Notes: generated by a model from the letters alone, not told the origin. Numbered from the stretch's first letter, positions 39,417 to 53,738 are shown. The stretch: DNA of 64,000 nucleotides from Octopus vulgaris (GCA_951406725.2 OX597825.1:70556001-70620000); one strand, 5' to 3'. Numbers and translations: made by a program.

Positions 39417-40214
39417 AAAGTTAAATATTAACTTTAACCAGTGGCCAGTATGAGTGAAAATGTCCATAGACTACAAATACAAATATTGTTATATTATGTG
39501 TGCATAAAAATTATACATAAAAATTATACATAAAAATTCTAGCACACAAGAATTAGGAGTTAAATCCTAAACCATGAAAAAAACTAATTCTTAAATGTGC
39601 TAAAATAAGAATTAGATTTTTCGTGGATTGGGATTTAACTACTATTTCTAGTATGTTGGAAAACCACTTAGTGGCTTTTCCCATCATATATATATGTTTA
39701 GATGAAGACATTTACAAGATTAGACATGTTGATTAACATGCTACCAGTGGTTTCATATAGAAAGAATTTCCGCAATCTTCAAGCAATCCACAAATAAGAA
39801 ATATTTATCTACCAAATGTGGCGTTGAGCACACTTTCTCACTGTATTGTGCATGTATGCATGTGTGTCTGTGTGTGTGTGTGTGTGTCTGTGTGTGTACA
39901 ACCTTCACTCTCGAAAGCAGGCAATGAAGATGTAGATATACTGTATCAATTGATATCTAAGTTTTGGGATATTAATAATATATCCAACATTAGTATAAGG
40001 TCACAGCTTATATCAGTGGAGCACAGCTGCATTCAGTGAAGGATTAGCCAAAGCTAACTGACCACACACTTCCAGTGTTTCACTGATATTTATTTTCCCT
40101 ACACCCACAGAAGGATCAAATACAGGCAAAGTTGACTTGGGCAGAATTTCTGTTCACAGAACCTGGAAGAAAGTATGACATTAATTGATTCTGAAGAATT
40201 ACAACAAAAAAACA

Positions 40215-40630
40215 GATCTTTTCGGTTTGAACGGCAGTTTTTAAAATAATTTCCACGTAACTAAAACACTTTTAAACTTCGTATACTGGTAGAATGTGTT
40301 TATAAAACATCTTTTTCTCTTGGCTTTATTGAGAAAATTCTATAGTTTGTAAGATATTTGTTGGGTTTTTTTCTTCAATTTCGGCAATTTCAACCAATCA
40401 ATGACGTCTATTGAGGTGAAACACATTCTGTGCCATATGAATATGTCCCTCGTTTAAGAAACAGATTGGGTTTATTTACGTTTCTGAAGAAAAAAAGATA
40501 CCCTTCTCCCACCCCCAATCCTAACCCTAAAACAGATTGAAATGCAATAGATCGATACTAGGGTCATAATTATGGGTGACAATTTCATATGACACCGCTA
40601 GAAAAAACTGCCGTTCAAACCGAAAAGATC
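40215..40630. mobile_element. MITE with ~28-bp TIRs
   Basis: gatcttttcggtttgaacggcagttttt ... aaaaactgccgttcaaaccgaaaagatc. Confidence 0.8.
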
Positions 40631-40736
40631 CCCAAAAACTCATTATCTTTCAAAGAAGGGACTTCTGCACATCATAAAAAGCAAAAGAAAAAAAAAACCC
40701 CGCAAGAATTAAACACATTAAAACAGTTATGCTCAC

Positions 40737-40922
40737 CTTGATAAGGGCCGTTTCTCAAGAGGGCCAGCATTAAAAGGTTTCTTTGCAATAAAAGGAACAT
40801 TATTGATTTTTTCTTCTTCAGGAGATGCTGGAGTATGAACAGGAGAGATTACTGGATCAGTGTTGCCTCTAGTGCTGCTTGAGACTGCTTCGGTCTCGGA
40901 ATCTTCTAGAATACCACTACTC
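40737..40922 (-). CDS. Internal coding exon (SSGILEDSETEAVSSSTRGNTDPVISPVHTPASPEEEKINNVPFIAKKPFNAGPLEKRPLS)
   Basis: Acceptor ttctatttcag|G and donor AAG|gtgagc; 186 nt, phase 2-2, open frame; joins the upstream exon as GA|G (Glu). Confidence 0.87.
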
Positions 40923-42309
40923 CTGAAATAGAATACACTTTCGTTAATATGCACATTACCTATCTAGAGATATACATGTATGTATGTGTGTGTGTGTGTG
41001 TGTGTGTGTAGATAGACAGATGTGAGTATAAATATATATCCGTGTATGCAGAGAGGTGCATACATGGATATCAAGCATTCGAATATCCTTCAAATATCAT
41101 CGCAAAAATATACCTAGCCACCCCAACCAAAACTTTATTTGGGAAGAGGAGACATACACACACATACACACATTTGAATAAATACATATAAATAAACATA
41201 AACACTCACACACATATGCTTGTTGTGTACATATGTTCTTTTGAACATGTATATACATACATACTTTAATATATATGTGTATGCTTTTATATATATATAT
41301 ATATCATCATCATCATCGTTTAACGTCCGTTCTCCATGCTAGCATGGGTTATATATATATATATATATAGCATACACACACACATATGCATATATATTCA
41401 CTCACACACACACACACTCATCATTTCATTGCTACTTTCCATGCTGACAAGTTGTTACAGTCCAGTTTAGTTCTTGTTTAGAATGACCATCCCCTCCAAA
41501 GATGATTGAAGAACCACAGCTTTCTCTCTCTCCTCTCTTTTACATTCCATCTCTGGCTCAGCTTATACAGCCGATGTCCACCAAACACTTTCACAGAATG
41601 TACTGCATCCTTTTCACTGTGACACCAGCACTCCTGCACACCAGAATAACACATTCAGTAGAACATATTCACTGCATTTCTTTCTAAGCAATGTAAATCT
41701 TTCACATTCAAAGCCCACCTTTCGCTACCATGCAAATATGATTGTACATTTGTGATAGCAATATTTTTTGCTATTTTTGTATCAACATCAGAATATCTGG
41801 TGAGACCAGCTCTCTGTATCATCATCATCATCATTGTTTAACGTACGCTTTCCATGCTAGCATGGATTCGACGATTTGACTGAGGAATAGTGAAACAGAT
41901 GGCTGCGCCAGGCACCAATCTGATCTGGCAGAGCTTCTACAGCTGGATGCCCTTCCTAACGCCAATCACTCCGAGAGTGCTTTTAAAGTGCCACCGGCAC
42001 AAGGGCCAGTCTGGCGGTACTGGCAACGGCCACACTCGAAAATGGTGTTTTCTACATGCCACCTGCACAGGAGTCAGTCCAGCAGCACTGGCAATGACCT
42101 CGCTCGAATGTTTTGTTCACATGCCACCGGCACAAGTGCCAGTGAGTCAACGCTGGCAACGATCACACTCAAATAGTGCTCTTTACATGCCAGGCAGCTG
42201 CTCTAGCAGTGATCTCAGTTGGATGAAGCTGTTAGCGCTCCACTGGCATGGGTACCAGTCATCGAATTTGGTTCAATTTTGAGTTCACTTGCCCCAACAG
42301 GTCACTGAG

Positions 42310-42984
42310 AGAATCACTACAAGCAGAAATGGATGAAGGACTTTGAAAAAGTACCTGCAGTGGCTTCACTGCAGGCATTTTACATGTGCTTAAGAGACTT
42401 GTTAGAAACCTATCAGACCTGTTGCTGAGTTGAGGCTAGTTTCATCTATGGCAACTGTGACATCTTTCTCCTTTATATCAATGCAATCCATATTTGCCCC
42501 TTCTTTATGGGGAACCAAAGTCTCAAAGAACTTGTTTGGCTCATGTATTTACATGTTTCCCAGCAACAAGGTGAAAGCCCTTGTAAATTGCACATTCAAT
42601 GTCCCACTTTTCCCTTTGGGGTATGCAAACAGTGAGTTATTTCCTTTGAACTATATCTTTATGTTGTAACACACTGAGGCTGGTTCTTTTACAAATTTAT
42701 AGGAAGCCTTATGGTTCCTTTATATATATATTACAGCACTGGTTCTGTCTTTCTATCCTCTAATTTCCATGGGAGAATCTCAGTTTGTTTGCAATCCATT
42801 GGAGTGTCCTTTTCAAGAGGGACTTTTCACTGTCTCTAAGTTATTCATTTAAACAATATGATTTCTTTATATTTCATCTCACAAAGACTTTTCTGTCTCA
42901 AGGAGTAACATTTTTCTTTTTCTTTGTATGTCAGCCTTTCTCTCAGGAACAAATTTAATATGTGAGTGTGTACATATATGTATG

Positions 42985-43024
<40 letters not shown>

Positions 43025-43770
43025 CATACATATATATATATATATTTCTTTATTGCCCACAAGGGGCTAAACATAAAGGACAAACAAGGACAGACAAACG
43101 GATTAAGTCGATTACATCGACCCCAGTGCGTAACTGCTACTTATTTAATCGACCCTGAAAGGATGAAAGGCAAAGTTGACCTCGGCGGAATTTGAACTCA
43201 GAACGTAATGGCAGACTTCGCCCGGTGTGCTAACGGTTCTGCCAGTTCGCTGCCCTATATATATATATGTATACACACGCCCACACATTAAATTATATAT
43301 ATATATATATATGTTGCTTGCATTATTGGTGTAAATTTTGAAGTGCTGTGTCTGTGTTTTGCATAGAGAAACTTGAGACCAATCCTGTTTCAAGATCCCT
43401 TTCTCGGTCAGCTTTTAGTCTGCTTTTAGCTACTTCAGGCCAGATTGAGTTCAAGTGTTTCTTGTAATGCGGTTATCTGCAACTGCCCTTGGAGTACACA
43501 TTGTTAGTTCCACTATATCATGGTCTGACAAATTTGCCAGCACTACCATCACATTATGGATGAATTTAATACAATTTACAAAACAAAGATCCAAAGTGAT
43601 GTCATCACATAGCTGAATAGGCAGTAGTTTAGAGAGATCAAATAGAGATTCTGCTAGTCTTTGCTTATAGAGAGACATTTCTGAGATTATGCAGCCTTTT
43701 GTGTTATTTAACACAGGGGGAGTTGAAGGTACCCGAGAGAAGAAGTACACTGATGTGTTAATTCAATCTC
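42310..43770 (-). mobile_element. Decayed CR1/Jockey-like LINE (end of APE endonuclease to start of RT), interrupted by a SINE
   Basis: Minus-strand TLDLCFVN...LSDHDIV (APE motif) near 43500-43610; VAIDETSLNSATG...LLSTCK...KPLQVLFQS near 42340-42480. Confidence 0.65.
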
Positions 43771-46579
43771 ATTAATATCTCCTTGATCTTTCTGGGGCTT
43801 TCTCCAAATGAGCTACCATGCAGCTGTTATGACTTGCATATGACCACATCAACTTGTTCCTGTTGTTGTTGTTGTTGTCACCATCATTGTCATTTTACAT
43901 ACACTTTCTCTGTTGTCATGTTTCAGATGGATTGCCACAGCTGAAGCTAGCATGTATCCAAAATGGCTTAGAAGAAAGCATCTCCCTCATGAGTTTTGTT
44001 TTTGGATTGGTTTCTAAGGCTGGATGTCCTTCCCAACATCAACCACTTTACAGAATGTAGTGGGTGCTTTTTTTCATAGCACCATCACTAGAGAGGTTGT
44101 CATATTCACAACAAAAGACTACAGGGTACCTCTCAAGCTCAATCTTTATGGTACTTGAAGCATAGTCATATCCACTACATGACTAAAGGGGCATTTTGAT
44201 CTTGAAGCATAAGATCAAAACTTGCTCAGCAATCTACTATAAAGAGTACAAAGCATCAATGATCAAGTGATAGAGGCATGAACAGAAAAGTCATGAACCA
44301 TCATCATCATCATCATCATTTAATCTCTTTTTTCATGCTGGCATGAGCTGGATGGTTCAAACAGGACCTGCCATGCTGGAGGACAGCACCAAGCCTCAGT
44401 ATCAACTGTTGTCATGGCTTCTACACCTTCCTAACACCCACCACTTTAAATCATGGTTGTGAAAGAAAAAAACTCAATGACTCTGCACTCTGAGCAATGT
44501 ACACAAGTACTATTTGTGTGTCTCAAACTGGCTCTTGACTGTGACAGCAGAACTAAAGGTGTAAGATCTTCGACAAACTACATGGCAACTCTGCAAAGAC
44601 TTCATTCTTTCCTGTCAATTTGAAATGCAGTTTACATTGGTATGTGTATGTCCACATCAGTTATTTCTTGTTATCATTTTATCCTTTTTAGTTCTTTCAG
44701 TTACTAGGCTATACCCATGGTGGGGAACCACCTTGAAGGGCATTAGCCAAAGAAATCAAGCTCCAGTATTTATTTGTAAATCTTGGACTTATTCTATCAG
44801 TTTCTTTTTGCCAAACCGCTAAGTTATGAGGACATAAACAAACCAACAGAGGTTGCCAACCAGTGTTGGGGAAGAAACACAAACAAAAAGACACACACAT
44901 ACACACATATATATATATGAACATATACACACACATACACGATAGGCTTCCACACAATTTCCGTCTTCCAAATTCATTTACAAGGTGTAAGTCAGTTTGG
45001 AGATATACTTGAAAACGCATGCAAAGAGTGCCACATGGTGGAACTGAACCAGAAACCATGCGATTTCAAAGCGATTTTCTGCTTGAGTTCATGTGGCAAG
45101 GTCTCTCAGGTTTGGCATTTTACTTTTGTTGAGTTGTAACAGACCTCAGACATTTAGCAGCGGAATGGGTGTGATGCTTCCATAAATATCAGCAGTAGCC
45201 ATCCTGAGCCTACCATTTGTGATGGCCTTGCAGGTTATCTTTATTCATCTTTTGTACTCAACCCAACTAACATGCTATTTTTTGTGCTATGCTTCACAAA
45301 AATTGTTGCTCAGCAATCATAGTCCACACTATCTCTGCATTTTACCTTTTCACAGAAGCAGACAAAGTATGATCTATCCTCTCTAGGTGACCATTTGCAT
45401 TTCTTTTAATTAGTTATCCTTCTCTACTACAAGCATTCTGTGGGTCATTGGCTTCTTCAGGTATTTTTTCTCCAGGCGGCGAGCTGGCAGAAACGTTAGC
45501 ACGCCAGGCAAAATGTTTAGCGGTATTTCATCTGCCATTACATTCTGAGTTCAAATTCCGCCGAGGTCGACTTTGCCTTTCATCCAATTCGGGGTCGATG
45601 AAATAAGTACCAGTGCAACACTGGGGTCTAATCGACTTAATCCGTTTGTCTGTCCTTGTTTGTCCTCTGTGTTTAGCCCCTTGTGGGTAGTAAAGAAATA
45701 GGTATGTTTTCCCCAACAATGTTGGCTTTGTGGAGAGTACTTACTCCATTTAATCCAAATCTAACATAGCTTGGCATGAGCACAGCAGCATTTTAGTCCC
45801 ATCTCTCTATGATAGCAGATTTTTTTTTTTAAGGCAGGATCTCCAAACGGCTAGGAATTTGTCCTTCATTTTCCTGGTGTCTTTATTTTTCACTTCAGGA
45901 TTTTCTTTTCCTTGTCCCTACTCCTGCAGTCTGTCTTCTATTGTTCTGCTTGTTTGTGCCTTTTCCTGACGGTTCCCTTATTTTTGTCCATGAAGATAGT
46001 GTTGACTGACCTAGATTGGTTCTAATTCCTGTAATATTGTTTTCAGTATTTCATTTCTTCACTTTCCTGAAGAGAAGATTACATTGCTTTACACAATTTT
46101 ATTCCTTTGGAATACTATCAGTGAAATCTTCAAAACATGTGTCGGAAGTAAAAGTATTTGAATTACACCTGCGTTAAACTCCATTTATGACATTGGAGTG
46201 AATTAAAATAAAATTTTGGCTTCTCCATGCATGAACATTACAACCAGAAGATCCAGGACTTGTTTGTGTACCACAATAGTTTGTGTGCCCCGATTCATAC
46301 ACATCTGTGTCTTGTAGATTTCTGGGCAAGATGCTGGAAAGTTGTAGGTTTTTGAAGTCTAAGCTGTGACAGTTTCTGGTTCTGGTTCTTACTTCGGATG
46401 AAGAGAATGAGACCTTTGGTACAAGACTGTGTTGTCCACATGAGGCATTGGTATAGAGAAGAACCAGTCTGCACAACCTGCAGGAGACTATAGCAGAAAG
46501 AAGAGTGAAACTTGCAGGTCATGTTTTCTAAGTGCCAAAAAGATGAATACTCAAGATAGCTGTACAATGTGTACATGTA

Positions 46580-46894
46580 GAGGGAGAGGGGGAGGGATAG
46601 AGAAAGGGGAGAGAGAGAAGGGAGAGAGAGACAAGAAAGAGAGTGGACAGAGACAGAAAGAGAGTGGACAGAGACAGACAGAGAGACAGAGAGACAGACA
46701 GACAGAGAGGGAGAGAGGGAGAGAGACAAGAGGGAGAGAGAGAGGGAGAGAGAGAAGAGAGAGAGAGAGACAGAGACAAGAAAGAGAGTGGAGAGAGACA
46801 AACAGACAGAGAGGGAGAGAGACAGACAGAGAGGGAGAGACAGACAGAGAGGGAGAGAGACAGACAGAGAGGGAGAGAGACAGACAGAGAGGGA

Positions 46895-46926
<32 letters not shown>

Positions 46927-46942
46927 CAGACAGACAGAGAGA
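46580..46942. repeat. AG/ACAG compound microsatellite
   Basis: Directly visible; a similar array lies at 26390-26570. Confidence 0.9.
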
Positions 46943-47302
46943 TCCAAGGAAACATGGCATGCTACCTTCAAAGCAATCTGAAGCAACGTAGCATCACCTA
47001 AGAAGATGCAAGCAACTACACTCAAAGTCAGGATTATTGGCAATGTCTTGCTGCCCAATGTACAGGACCAACTGTATCAGAGGAACAAAGACTAAGGTCT
47101 TTCATGTCATTGCTTCAAAGGGCAGAGCCACAGTTCTTTCAACTCATCTGTAGCACAGAAGTAATCTGCTTGATGTAACAATGTTGGACTGCCTGAGGCT
47201 CAGGTGTTAGTTTAACACTCTAAGTATCAACAATATTTAGGATCAACAGTCCATATATATTTATATGCACACACACATATACATATCTGTGAAGTATTTG
47301 TA

Positions 47303-47353
<51 letters not shown>

Positions 47354-50300
47354 CATACAAAATAGGACAAGAACGCAAAACATCCGGACAACTAGGTGAT
47401 ACAAAAAGGGACAACAAAACATCCAGATAGATGATACAAAAAAACAAGGACGGGTCATTCGAAGCCTTTTATCCTCAGTCAAGAACCGGATCATACTCGC
47501 AATTTCAGCTGATTAATCTTGAGATTGCTCCAATCTGGCCAGCCCCAAGGAAAAACTAAGTAAAGAGCATTAGATTCCTTGGATATATATATATCAATAA
47601 AAATACATACATACAGATATATATATATACACACACATACACATATGTATTTATATTTGTAATTGTGTGTATACATACACACATACACACACTTGTACAC
47701 ACAACAGACGCATGTACATTTATATATACAAACGTTTATGTATGTGTGTAGAGACAGACAGACAGACACACACACATGCACACACACCACACCGCACCAC
47801 ACCAACTACCATTGATTTCTAGAAAGGGGACCGTTATTTCTTTAACATGCCATGCTAGAAATACAAAGAGTGGCAGGTTAGGTTCCATCCCAGCTCAGGA
47901 AATACATTCGATCTGGCAAAACGAGAACAACCAGCAACTCCAGCCACAACGTCATCAAAAACAGAATGTAGACACCCACGTAGAATATGAACAGAAAATG
48001 TTTGCACTCATACATACAGCCACTAGATGATGGGGGAGAAAAAAAGGGAACTCTTCAATATGTACCCATATCTGAAATGAATCATTTAAAAAAAAATACT
48101 ATAAATATTTTGTCACTGATTGTTATCATCTTTAACAGAAAATGGAGGAAAAATTTGTATCAAATTTACACCTATACTTAATTGCACTGGATTTGATCCC
48201 TGATTATCGTCATTATTATAGTCATCAAGGCAAAAGCATGGTTGAGTGGTAAGAGGTTCGCATCCCAACCTCATAGCCTTGGGTTCAAGTCCCACTATGT
48301 GGCACCTTTGCCAAGTATCTCCTATTATGGCCCTGGGCTGACCAAAACCTTAGCTGGTGGATTTGGTAGATGAAAACTGAAAGAAACCAATCATGTGTGT
48401 TTGCATATGTGTGTGTGTGTGTTTTGTGTCACCTTATCTTGACATCGTGTGATAGTTGTAAAATGATTGTGACAGACATACAGGCAAAGTCAGTCATTTC
48501 CATTATTTTGCAAGAACACATCTAGCCAAGGGGAAATTTGCCCTTACTTGGAAACGGGTGAGGGTTGGGGACAGTAAGAACATCCAGCCATAGAAAATTT
48601 GCCCCAAATAAACTCCATCCAACACATGCAAACATGGAAAGTGCTTGCTAAAATGATGATGATGATGATGAAGGTAAAGAGCTGCCTTATTCCTCCATGT
48701 ATGCATGGCTCCAGACTAAAATCAGTCAATCACATATTTCATTTGCACTTTTTCTATCCAGGTATGAGCTGAATGAGAGTTTTTGAGGCAGCATTCTGCA
48801 GCTGGATACCCTTCCTTTTGACAATCTACCAATCCTTACCAGTTTTTCAGAGTAAGGTGGACTCCAGGTGTCAAACCTGCTGAACAATAGGACATGTTGC
48901 TTATAGGGTATGGAAATACGAGTGGGTGGCTTAGTGGTTAGGGTGTTGGACTCATGATCATAAGATTGTGGTTTCGATTCCTGGACCAGGCACACACATT
49001 GTGTTCTTGAGCAAAACACTTCATTTCACATTATACGTGTTGTATGTGTGTGTACACATATACATATATAAACACATACATACATATACATACCTCATGA
49101 ATTAAAGAGGCCATACATGCAGATTCTGCTGACTGGTTTAACTCATGGGCTATAGGCCATCCAGAGGTTATAGCAGAAGACGCTCGCCCAAGCTGCCATG
49201 CACTGGAATGGGAACCCAAAATCATGTGTTTCGAAACAAACTCTGTATGCCTGGGCCCATAAACTAGGAACTTCCAATTCCAAACTAAGACAAGCAACGT
49301 TCTTATCTGTCAAACCATATGTGAGTGGTTAAGAGTTTACAACTAAAGACTCCTGGTTCAAATCCACCACGATATTATGTCATATATATGTCAACATCAC
49401 TGTATCAACTAGAGTACTTGATGTTGTTATACATCACTGGCCACAATACATTTTGTTGCATTATTTTGGCAACTGAATGATGCCAGCATGCTGGTTGGGT
49501 GGGGGGCAGGCCAACATTTTCCCTTAGAGAGGACACTAGTCCATTGTAAGGTTACCTATTTACAGCCAAGTGTATTTATTTACTGGAGCAGCATGAAATG
49601 AAGTGTCTTGCTCAAGGACACAATGTCCCACCCGATCAAGGAATCGAACCCACAATGTTGAGATCAGAACTGCCACACCCTGCCACAGGACCATGCACCT
49701 TCAATATATACATCAATACACATTGAGTGAAGACACATGTCTTTCAATCATGAGGTTGTGAGTTCAATTCCTAGACTGGACTGTGTGTTGTGTTCTTAAG
49801 CAAGGCACTTTATTTCACATTGCTCCAGTTCACTCAGCCGCAGAAATGAGTTGTGGCATCACTGGTGCTAAGCTGTTTTGGCCTGAGCCTTTCCCTTGGG
49901 CAACATCAGTGGTGTGGAGAGCAGGACACTAGTAATGCATGGATGGCTGCTAATCTTCCATAAAAAACCTTATTCAGACTTCTGCCTCAGAAGGGACCTT
50001 TCTAGGTACAGTCACATGGTCATTCATGACCGGTGGGAGGCTTCTTTACCCTATATGTCAAGAAATAACTCAACCCGATGACAAACGGAGATCAAAGAAA
50101 CCAGAACACGTTGTAAATGTAAACATCATACAAATTCTTTCCATGAAGTTACTCGGCTGAAAAATTTCAATTGTAAATTCTTTCGTCCGTTTTTAACAGC
50201 CATTCACTCCCAACATTTTTGGTACAGTGCATGCTTGTTATATAAATGTTTGGAGAATTTGAGTGGAAAACGAGTGACAGAAAGAAGAAGAAGAAGAAGA

Positions 50301-50387
50301 AGAAGAGGATGTGAGGAAATCATCAAACAGAGATCAGAGTAGTAAATATGGTGAAGAAACTTAAAAGAAACATTGAGAAAACGTCAC

Positions 50388-50474
50388 CTGTATGTAGCAC
50401 GGCAGAGCAGAGGCTGTTGGTACCAACGACAGAGGGTAGGTAGGAAAATTAACTGGCCACCCGCCCACCATTCT
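50388..50474 (-). CDS. Candidate cassette exon, 87 nt (EWWAGGQLIFLPTLCRWYQQPLLCRATYR)
   Basis: Acceptor ttatgtttctggcag and donor CAG|gtgacg; phase 2-2 and open; GC-richer unique island, but composition is unlike the neighbouring exons. Confidence 0.4.
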
Positions 50475-51044
50475 CTGCCAGAAACATAACTAACACTAAT
50501 GCATGTGTGTGTGTGTGTGTGTGTATGTGTGTGTGTGTGCATGTGTGTGTGTTTGACCTAAAGGAATATAATTCTAACCAAATAATCTAGCAACATATAA
50601 AATATGTATGCAAGCATGTGCATGTGTTGTGTATATAATGTGTGTGTATATATTTACATACACACACAGATATACATACATACACACATATATATATAAA
50701 TATGCACATACACACACACACATTTATATGTAGGTAACCAGTTCTACATCTATATCTTCCAACTAGCTTTGTGTTTGTTTTGAAGGCTTACGGTGTGTTT
50801 ATTTCCAGTCCAACTGGTTGAGTTTGTTTGAAATGTTGTTCTCCTTTTACCATTTTGACTTGGCTAGAATTATTTTCTCTTCTTTACTCAAAACCCATAT
50901 GTAGTCTCCATCGTATACACACATACACATGCACTCACATACATGAGTGTGTATAAATGAATCCACGTGTATATATGTATTTGTTACTTTATGAATACCT
51001 CACGTTCTATCTATTCAAACTTAGTACTCTATACTTACATCCTT

Positions 51045-51387
51045 GCATGCATGTGTGTGTGTCTATGTGCACGACTGTGTGTGTTTACGTGCACATCTGT
51101 GTGTGTTTATGTGTGTGCACATGTCTGTATGTGTTTATGTGTGCACATGTCTGTGTGTGTGTTTATATGTGCACATGTGTATCTGTGTGTGTGTTTGTGT
51201 GTGCATGTCTGTGTGTGTGTGTGTTTATGTATGTGCAGATATCTGTGTGTGCATGTGTATATGTGTGTGCACATGTCTGCACGTGCTTACGTGTGTGCAC
51301 ATTTATGTGTGTGCTTATGTGTGCACATGCTTACGTGTGTGCATTTATGTGTGTGCACGTGTCTGTGTGTGTGTGCATGTGTGCGCA
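51045..51387. repeat. Degenerate TG array with gtgcac interruptions
   Basis: Directly visible. Confidence 0.9.
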
Positions 51388-51634
51388 TATAATCAAATAT
51401 GTATTGAATCTATAGTTTTCCTCAGTCCTATCAAAATGAAGAACACAAGCATTCAGTTCTGAGTGCTGTGCTTCTTATAGCAGAAATAGCTGTTGGCTAA
51501 TGAAGGTAATTATGTAACTCCTGTTCTTTTGCCATTCATTAATTGGCATTATGCCATGTACTCACCTAATGTTTTATTTTAAAGTTCTGAGTCCTAACTG
51601 CAGTTTATTAGTATTGCTATGTCTAAGTGAAATC

Positions 51635-51674
<40 letters not shown>

Positions 51675-51828
51675 ATATAGATAGTGAGAATATGTGCTCA
51701 ACACTACACTGGTGGATAAATATTCTTTATTTGGGAGTTAACAAGGATACCACTGGTTTCATGTCGAGAGATATCTCTTTCAACATGACACCAAGGGTAG
51801 CCTTGTTAATCCACAAATAAAGTATACA

Positions 51829-51873
<45 letters not shown>

Positions 51874-51898
51874 GAAGATATATATACATACACACACA

Positions 51899-52993
51899 TT
51901 GGGTCATCCCATAAATAATGCAGTTTTTTACAATTGCTTTAACTAAAAGTCAGAGGGGGATAGGATGAATTACCTGCATCAACTTGCTATAAAAGCAGGG
52001 AGTAATTCTACCTTGTACTTATTCGTAGTGCAAGTTTTGAAGAGTGCAGTTCAATTTTAATAGTTATTTTTACAAAATGGAAGTAGCAAAGGAGCATCTT
52101 CAGCATATTTTGCTTTATGAGTTCAATAAAAGCAACAACGCACCAGGAAGTGCAAGGAATATTAATGCAGTATATGGGGATCGGATAATAAGCATAAGCC
52201 AGTGTCAACAGTGGTTCCAGAAATTCCAAGCTGGAAACTACAGCCTAGATAATTGGTTTCATCCTGGAAGAACTGTAGAGCTTGATGAGGACATCCTGCA
52301 AACCCTGGTGGAACAAAATCCCATTTCAACTGTTGAGGAACTAGCAGAGAAGCATGGATTTGGTCATTCAACCATTCAGCAGTACCTGCGTGCTACCAGA
52401 AAAGTCAGCAAATTGGGTCAATGGGTTCCTCACAAACTTTCCAAATCTAATCATGAATGTGTGCTCTTTGCTGACACGTCTCGCAAATGGACCTTTTTTT
52501 GACTGAATAGTGTCTGGTGATGAGAAATGGGTTCCCTATCAAAATGTCAAGCACCGAAGACAGTGGGTAGGGAAAGGAAAAACACCAGCACTCCAGGCTA
52601 AACAAGGTCTTCACCCATGTAAAGTGTTGTTATCTGTTTAGTCGGATATGAAAGGTTTAGAATTTTCAAACCCAAACCAAATGATGACAAAGGAGATCTA
52701 CTGTGAACAGCTTGAGTGGCTTAAGTCAGCGCTAGAAGAAAAACAACCATCTTTGGGTTCAAGACGAAAGGTGTTCTGTCATCAGGATAATGCTCAGCCA
52801 CATACAGCAAGGATGACATTCCAAAGGCTGGAACAGTTCAAATGGGAAATGATATTCCACCCAACATATTCGCTGGACATTGCCCCATCTGATTATCATT
52901 TATTCCGCAGTCTTCAAGATCGTTTGGATGGAAACAAATATGAATTCTGTAGACAAGGTTAGAACGGTATGCATTACTTATGGGATGACCCAA
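51899..52993 (+). mobile_element. Degenerate mariner (Tc1/mariner) DNA transposon
   Basis: TIRs ttgggtcatcccataa(a/g)taatgc at both ends; broken ORFs with WVPHKL, GDEKW, HQDNAQPH and YSLDIAPSDYHLF motifs; frameshifts and a shortened 3' part. Confidence 0.92.
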
Positions 52994-53384
52994 TATATGC
53001 ACACACAAAGATACACCTCTTCATTTCTTTCTCCAGCTAGTAGGCATTAACTCTGAAATGCTGGGAAACAAAGTAAGGAAGTGTGATGTTCATATCTTTC
53101 CTATCTGTGTTTGACAATAATGGGAAAAGTATGAATGCCACAGTTCCTTAATCTTTCCAAACAGTTTAGACTCAATGCCTATTTTGCATGAAGAGGAAAT
53201 GGGAGATGTTCTACTGTCTAATTGAAATCTTCATTTAGATATTATCGTATGTATGTGAGTCTGTGGGTGCATGTGTCTAAAACAAAAGAGAGAGAGACAG
53301 AAAACAGACATATCCGACAATCACTGATTAGAGTAGTATAATTTGTATGAAGCATTGTCTGATATATATGTTTTAAATTTCTTT

Positions 53385-53678
53385 TTATTATAAAACAATG
53401 TAAGTTATAAGAAATAATGCAGGTTACTGGTTAGAACTATTATCTCTATTATCTTATATTTCAATATTTCAGGGTTACAATCCCATCTTCAGGATATCTT
53501 AATAGAAATGTTACTGTGAGCTGACTTCTCTGTAGTACAAAGAAGTCAGCACACAACACCATAGATTTCCATAGATTTCTCTGAGAAGGAGACCCATTCC
53601 CGAAATATTGAAATATCAAAATACAAGGCAAACCATTAAATTGTATTATTTCTCATAACATGCATTGTTATAAGAAAG
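53385..53678. repeat. Imperfect fold-back element with a Penelope-type hammerhead motif in each arm
   Basis: Arms pair around the central hairpin gctgacttct...agaagtcagc; CTGAAGA...GAAA core on the minus strand at 53492-53467. Confidence 0.6.
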
Positions 53679-53720
53679 TAATTAGATTGTGCACTAGTTT
53701 CCTTTCTATTTATGACTTAC

Positions 53721-53738
53721 CCTTATTCTACAAATCCC
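53721..53738 (-). CDS. Candidate 18-nt microexon with an in-frame TAA (EGFVE*)
   Basis: ttatttgctattttag|GGGATTTGTAGAATAAGG|gtaagt: consensus donor, TGC near the acceptor, TGCATG at 53664-53659. Confidence 0.5.

Noticed and set aside
46295-47058. Long Leu-Ser and Arg-Glu ORFs
   Set aside because: AG microsatellite artefacts; only a short LINE-like ERRVKLAGHV remnant near 46480-46527 is suggestive.
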